Positions 59,947-64,000 of a DNA stretch of 64,000 nucleotides are shown here, piece by piece. Source of the stretch: a candidate division WOR-3 bacterium (GTDB taxonomy: Bacteria > Hydrothermota > Tepidihabitantia > SM23-42 > JAOAFX01); the NCBI GenBank assembly GCA_026416055.1, contig JAOAFX010000003.1:589-64588 (forward strand), in the 5' to 3' direction. How positions within the stretch are numbered: position 1 is the stretch's first letter; every line of letters begins with the position of its first letter. The position numbers were made by a program, and so were the translations under genes. The notes below the pieces were generated by a model. It had not been told where the DNA came from. It saw nothing but the letters and a program-made list of their open reading frames with translations, and did not search any database.

Positions 59947-60588
59947 ATGGAAAACTATTATAGTATTCTCGGGGTAAGTGCAACGGCGACTGCAAATGAG
60001 ATAAAAAATGCCTATATGAAACTTGCAAAACAGTATCATCCTGATCGATTTACTGACCCGGGCGAAAAACAGAAGGCAAATGAACAGTTTGCCAAAATTA
60101 CTGCTGCCTATCGTGTTCTCTCAGATGAGAAATTGCGCGCCGAGTATGACAAATCTCTTGAGAAAGGTGCCAAACCCCACGAGGATATTCAGGCGACTCA
60201 GGCCAAAAATGCATTCACAAGGGCTATTGAGTTTTTAAAGAGCAAAGACCCCTGGCGTGCGGTGAATCTACTACGTATCGCCTGTCGTTATGATCCTCAA
60301 CCCATATACCTTTCTTATCTTGGTCTCGCCCTTGTATATACCCGTCAGTATCAAAAAGAAGGTTTTGAAAAACTTCAGGAAGCCGCGAAACGATTGATGT
60401 TCAATCCTGTGGTATATGTAAATCTTGGGCTTGCCTATGAATTTACTGGCAACAGAGAACAGGCTTTGAAATACTATAATGAAGCGTTGAACTGGGATAG
60501 CAATAATGCAACTGCCCGTAAGGCCATTGAAAGGCTCCAGCCCAAGAAAGAAAACTTCTTTTCGAAATTATTCGGAGGAAAAAAATGA
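59947..60588 (+). CDS. J-domain (DnaJ-like) protein with TPRs
   Basis: NYYSILGV...YHPDR; C-terminal [13 protein letters not shown] tail. Confidence 0.85.
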   Translation: MENYYSILGVSATATANEIKNAYMKLAKQYHPDRFTDPGEKQKANEQFAKITAAYRVLSDEKLRAEYDKSLEKGAKPHEDIQATQAKNAFTRAIEFLKSKDPWRAVNLLRIACRYDPQPIYLSYLGLALVYTRQYQKEGFEKLQEAAKRLMFNPVVYVNLGLAYEFTGNREQALKYYNEALNWDSNNATARKAIERLQPKKENFFSKLFGGKK

Positions 60589-60827
60589 AGAAAACTGCGC
60601 TTCTGGAGATGCTTGAGGACCTCTGTCGAAAACTCTCAATCATTGTCAAGTATGACCGCTTCTTTGGCCGTGGTGGATATTGCCGGCTCAAGCAAAAATC
60701 TTTCTTCATAATAAACGAAAATCTTTCTAACGCCACAAAGGAAGATATTTTTATCCGGGAGTTGAGTCAATTAAACATTAATCCCGAGTTGATTCCACCA
60801 AGGTTGAAAGAAGTTTTGAAAAAATGA
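60585..60827 (+). CDS. Hypothetical protein (GGYCRL motif)
   Basis: ATGA-type coupling on both sides; GGAGG SD. Confidence 0.7.
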   Translation: MKKTALLEMLEDLCRKLSIIVKYDRFFGRGGYCRLKQKSFFIINENLSNATKEDIFIRELSQLNINPELIPPRLKEVLKK

Positions 60828-61045
60828 AATTCGCAATTTTTATTATATTCCTCGCTCTTTTTTTCTGGCTGGGTAATTTAGGTGTGGTTTTACCAGGGCG
60901 GGACTGGCCAGTAATTCTGATATTTTTCGGATTTTTAAACCTTATTTTGTTACCCAGATACTCTCGAAAAAAAATCATTGAAGACTTAGAAAAAGGTAGA
61001 ATCACTCCGGAAGAGGCTCTGAAAAGATTGGAACGATTGCATTAA
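60824..61045 (+). CDS. Small membrane protein with SHOCT-like tail
   Basis: 2 TM, DWPVILI, LEKGRITPEEA. Confidence 0.65.
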   Translation: MKFAIFIIFLALFFWLGNLGVVLPGRDWPVILIFFGFLNLILLPRYSRKKIIEDLEKGRITPEEALKRLERLH

Positions 61046-62067
61046 TAGACAACTTTCTTTTCGAATCTAAGAAAAAAGTTTTTATCTGTGCCTGTGAACC
61101 ATCCGGTGACCTTTATGCTGCCCTTTTTGTAAAAGACCAATTAACAAAATACAGAAAAATATACGGAGTGGGCGGCGATAATTTAAAGAGCACAAAAGTA
61201 AAAATAATTCATGAATACAAAAATTTAAAGACCCTTGGATTCACTGCAGGCATAGGCACTTTTATGAAAAATTTTTTGATGTACAGAAAAATCGCCCGCT
61301 CCATTTTTAAAATAAAACCAGCATTTTTTATTGCTGTAGCATATCCGGGAGTGAATCTGCTACTCTGCCGTTATGCAAAAAAACTCGGTATCAAAACCAT
61401 ATATCTTTTACCACCGCAGATCTGGGCATGGGGTTCTTTCAGAAAATACTTTATAAAAAAATGGGTAGATCTTAATATATCAGTCTTTCCTTTTGAATAT
61501 CAGTTTTACAAATCATTAAATCTCAAAGTGATATACTGGCAAAATCCTCTGTTTGGACTATTAAAAGGATACAGAAGGCAGATTATATCAAACCAAATAG
61601 GAGTGATGCCTGGTTCAAGAATCCCTGATCTGAAAAGGAATTTAAAAATAATAAATGGAATAATAAAAGAATTACCGGATTTTAATTTTACTTTTATTCT
61701 GCATCCTGAAATCCAATTCAACCAATTTGAAAAATTAGTATTAAAAGAATCCTTGAATAAAATTAAAATTGTATCACTTGACCGATATCAGGAAATGTGT
61801 AAATGTCGGGTTATTATCACATGTTCAGGAACTGCTTCTTTTGAGACCGCACTTTTGCGGATTCCCCAGGTATTCTTTTATTATCCCGACTTTCTTGATT
61901 ATCATATATTCCGTCACTTTTTGAAAATAAATGAATACAATTTAGTCAATCTGTACTATGGTCAAAAACTGATTCCTGTTTTTGTCTCACGCAACAAAAA
62001 GAAATTGATTCAAAAGGTCGCAGGGGAATTGTATAGATTGCTAAAACCCGGCAATAAAAATTGTTGA
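61045..62067 (+). CDS. lpxB: Lipid-A-disaccharide synthase (start codon non-canonical/uncertain)
   Basis: In-frame VFICACEPSGDLYAA upstream of the ORF-track GTG; PPQIWAW, FPFE, MPGSR, CSGTASFE. Confidence 0.88.
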   Translation: MDNFLFESKKKVFICACEPSGDLYAALFVKDQLTKYRKIYGVGGDNLKSTKVKIIHEYKNLKTLGFTAGIGTFMKNFLMYRKIARSIFKIKPAFFIAVAYPGVNLLLCRYAKKLGIKTIYLLPPQIWAWGSFRKYFIKKWVDLNISVFPFEYQFYKSLNLKVIYWQNPLFGLLKGYRRQIISNQIGVMPGSRIPDLKRNLKIINGIIKELPDFNFTFILHPEIQFNQFEKLVLKESLNKIKIVSLDRYQEMCKCRVIITCSGTASFETALLRIPQVFFYYPDFLDYHIFRHFLKINEYNLVNLYYGQKLIPVFVSRNKKKLIQKVAGELYRLLKPGNKNC

Positions 62068-62091
62068 CTTAATGAAAATTTCTTATATAAT
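62064..62091 (+). promoter_or_regulatory. Promoter TTGACT-N16-TATAAT (epimerase-radical SAM)
   Basis: -10 ends 5 nt before the ATG. Confidence 0.75.
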
Positions 62092-62096
62092 AGATT

Positions 62097-62951
62097 ATGG
62101 AAATTGACAACCTTGTAACCAGTCATACAGGAATCGGTGAATTGTTAGCGAACGAACTGATAAAACTCGGAGAGACCGTGTACACAGTCTTTCCCAGTCC
62201 TAAAGAAGTGCCGATGTCTTTCCTCGGAAAGATAAATCTAAAATATGGATTTGTTAAATTTGACCAGGAATTGAACATTGAAAAAGGATTACCAAGAAAA
62301 GTAAAAAACATCTTTCACATCTATGAAGCATATACTGGTCCTTTTCCTAAAATTTTTATGTCAAACGTTACCACAACACTTTTGCTTCTGGAATGGGCAA
62401 AGAAGGTAGGGGTGAATAAGTTTATCCTTCTTTCTTCAGGAGAAGTTTATGGGCACGGTGAGGAGATAAATGAAAATGCTCCATATAACCCACGCAGTTT
62501 TTATGCAACAACTAAATTTCACGCCGAAACCCTTTCCCGGTACTACAGCCGGAATTTTGAATTGAAAATTCTACGACTTTTCTTTCCTTACGGAAAAAAT
62601 CTTCAACAGGGCTATCTCTACAATCTTTTCGAATCTCTCAAAAATACAGGAGTAATCGAAACCGATTACGGTGTTGTCTGTCCAACGCTCATTGATGATA
62701 TCATAGGACCTCTAATAAAATTGCGCGATCAGCCTGGTAATAATGTATATAATATTTGCGGTTCCCCGGTACAAACTCTAGATTTAATCAGGGAAATTGA
62801 ATCGGCTTCAGGAAAAAATGCAAAAAGCAAAAAAACGGGTAAAACGATACTCTGTGGTAATTGTAAGAAGGCAATAGAAGAACTCGGATTTAAAGAGACA
62901 CCTTTCAAAGAAGGATTAAGACAGATAGTAGAAAAAAGCAGTGATGAATGA
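62097..62951 (+). CDS. Extended SDR / NAD-dependent epimerase-dehydratase-like protein
   Basis: LSSGEVYG, YATTK, LRLFFPYG; glycine-rich motif degenerate. Confidence 0.75.
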   Translation: MEIDNLVTSHTGIGELLANELIKLGETVYTVFPSPKEVPMSFLGKINLKYGFVKFDQELNIEKGLPRKVKNIFHIYEAYTGPFPKIFMSNVTTTLLLLEWAKKVGVNKFILLSSGEVYGHGEEINENAPYNPRSFYATTKFHAETLSRYYSRNFELKILRLFFPYGKNLQQGYLYNLFESLKNTGVIETDYGVVCPTLIDDIIGPLIKLRDQPGNNVYNICGSPVQTLDLIREIESASGKNAKSKKTGKTILCGNCKKAIEELGFKETPFKEGLRQIVEKSSDE

Positions 62952-64000
62952 AGTTCTTTTAATAAATCCTGAAGAAAAAGAAATTTCAGAAAAATTACCA
63001 CCACTGGAGATTGCCTCAATTGCTGCGTTCCTCGAAGAGAAAGGTATATCGGTCAAGATAGTGGACTTCAATGTAGAAAAAAAAGGACTGGAGCACTGGT
63101 TATCTTCATACCAGCCTAAATTTCTCGGCATCTGGGGAACACCTTTAAATCGGTTTGAGTCATTCCGGCTGGCACGGATTGCCAAATCAGTCAACAAGGA
63201 TCTCATAGTTGTTTTGCTCGGTCCGTACGCGACCTTTACCGCTTTGCAAGTGCTTCAGGATATCCCGGAAATCGATTTTGTAATAAGGGGTGAGGGGGAG
63301 AATGTATTTTATGAATTAATTAAGGCTTTCGGTACGGATCTGGATTTTGAAAAAATCCGAGGATTAAGTTTCAGAATGGATAATAATCCAGTCCAGAACC
63401 CTCCGGCTCTCCGTTTACACCTCGATTCTCTGCCTCCTCCTTCTTACCATCTTTTGAATATGAAACGTTATGAAATAAAAATGGACTTTATTAAAAAAAG
63501 GGGTATTTCAATCAGCTCATCGCGCGGTTGTTTACACCGTTGTAATTTCTGTCTCACCGGCAAAATGTATAACAATCTTCTTACAGTTCGATCTCCCAGG
63601 CATGTGGTAGATGAAGTTGAAAAACTTTTAAAGATCTATCATTTTGAAGCGATAAAATTTGTGGATTCAGTGCTGTCTCTGGACCGTGAACACATTGAAA
63701 ATCTGTGCGATGAAATTATCAATAGAAATTTAAAACTTCCATGGGAGTGTGAGGTTTGCCCAGGCACAGTAGATGAACAACTGCTGGAAAAGATGAAACA
63801 GGCTGGCTGTTATCTTGTCAACATCGGGATCGAATCCGGTAGCCAGAAAGTTCTCGATCTGATGCGCAAAGGAATTACAGTAGAACAGGCAGAGCATTTG
63901 CTCCAGCTTTGTGCCGAATCCGGGATAAAAGTGAAAGCCTTCTTCTCTTTCGGGCATATAAGTGAAACAATGGCCGACGTTGAAAAGACATTTGAATTTA
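62948..64000 (+). CDS. B12-binding-domain radical SAM protein, runs off the window
   Basis: Manually translated: MKFFLINP...PPLEIASIAAFL...GEGE...SRGCLHRCNFC (CxxxCxxC)...GIESGSQKVL; ATGA coupling. Confidence 0.9.

Overview
Core-chromosome window from an AT-rich, LPS-producing (lpxB/lpxC/lpxD) diderm bacterium. The gene repertoire and the FlgD/T9SS-like C-terminal domain suggest an FCB-related uncultured lineage such as WOR-3; this is inference only. The window holds about 60 CDS: alr, rnc, ridA, lpxD/C/B, nadE, pyrK/D/F/E, tldD, rarA, cdsA, uppS, msrB, an ECF sigma/anti-sigma pair, a TetR-TolC cluster with two MFP/RND pairs, and many TPR and envelope proteins. It also has RNase P RNA, tRNA-Pro(GGG), tRNA-Ile(GAT), a decayed large secreted-protein gene beside tRNA-Pro, a probable transposase stub and several GTAG-type REP-like palindromes. 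No CRISPR array, prophage or intact IS was seen. The strongest unexplained signals run across the whole window. (1) Twenty sigma70-type promoters have a 16-bp -35/-10 spacer instead of the canonical 17. (2) About nine of these promoters appear to make leaderless mRNAs. (3) Nine proteins that look exported start with an ultra-short hydrophobic leader lacking the basic n-region. Local highlights are a Braun-lipoprotein(Lpp)-like coiled-coil lipoprotein, a REP-like insert in P9 of RNase P RNA, a LysM/cNMP/giant-TPR/helical-repeat operon, a YidD-paralogue module, an in-frame nonsense codon in the first RND pump, and two genes with no canonical start codon.
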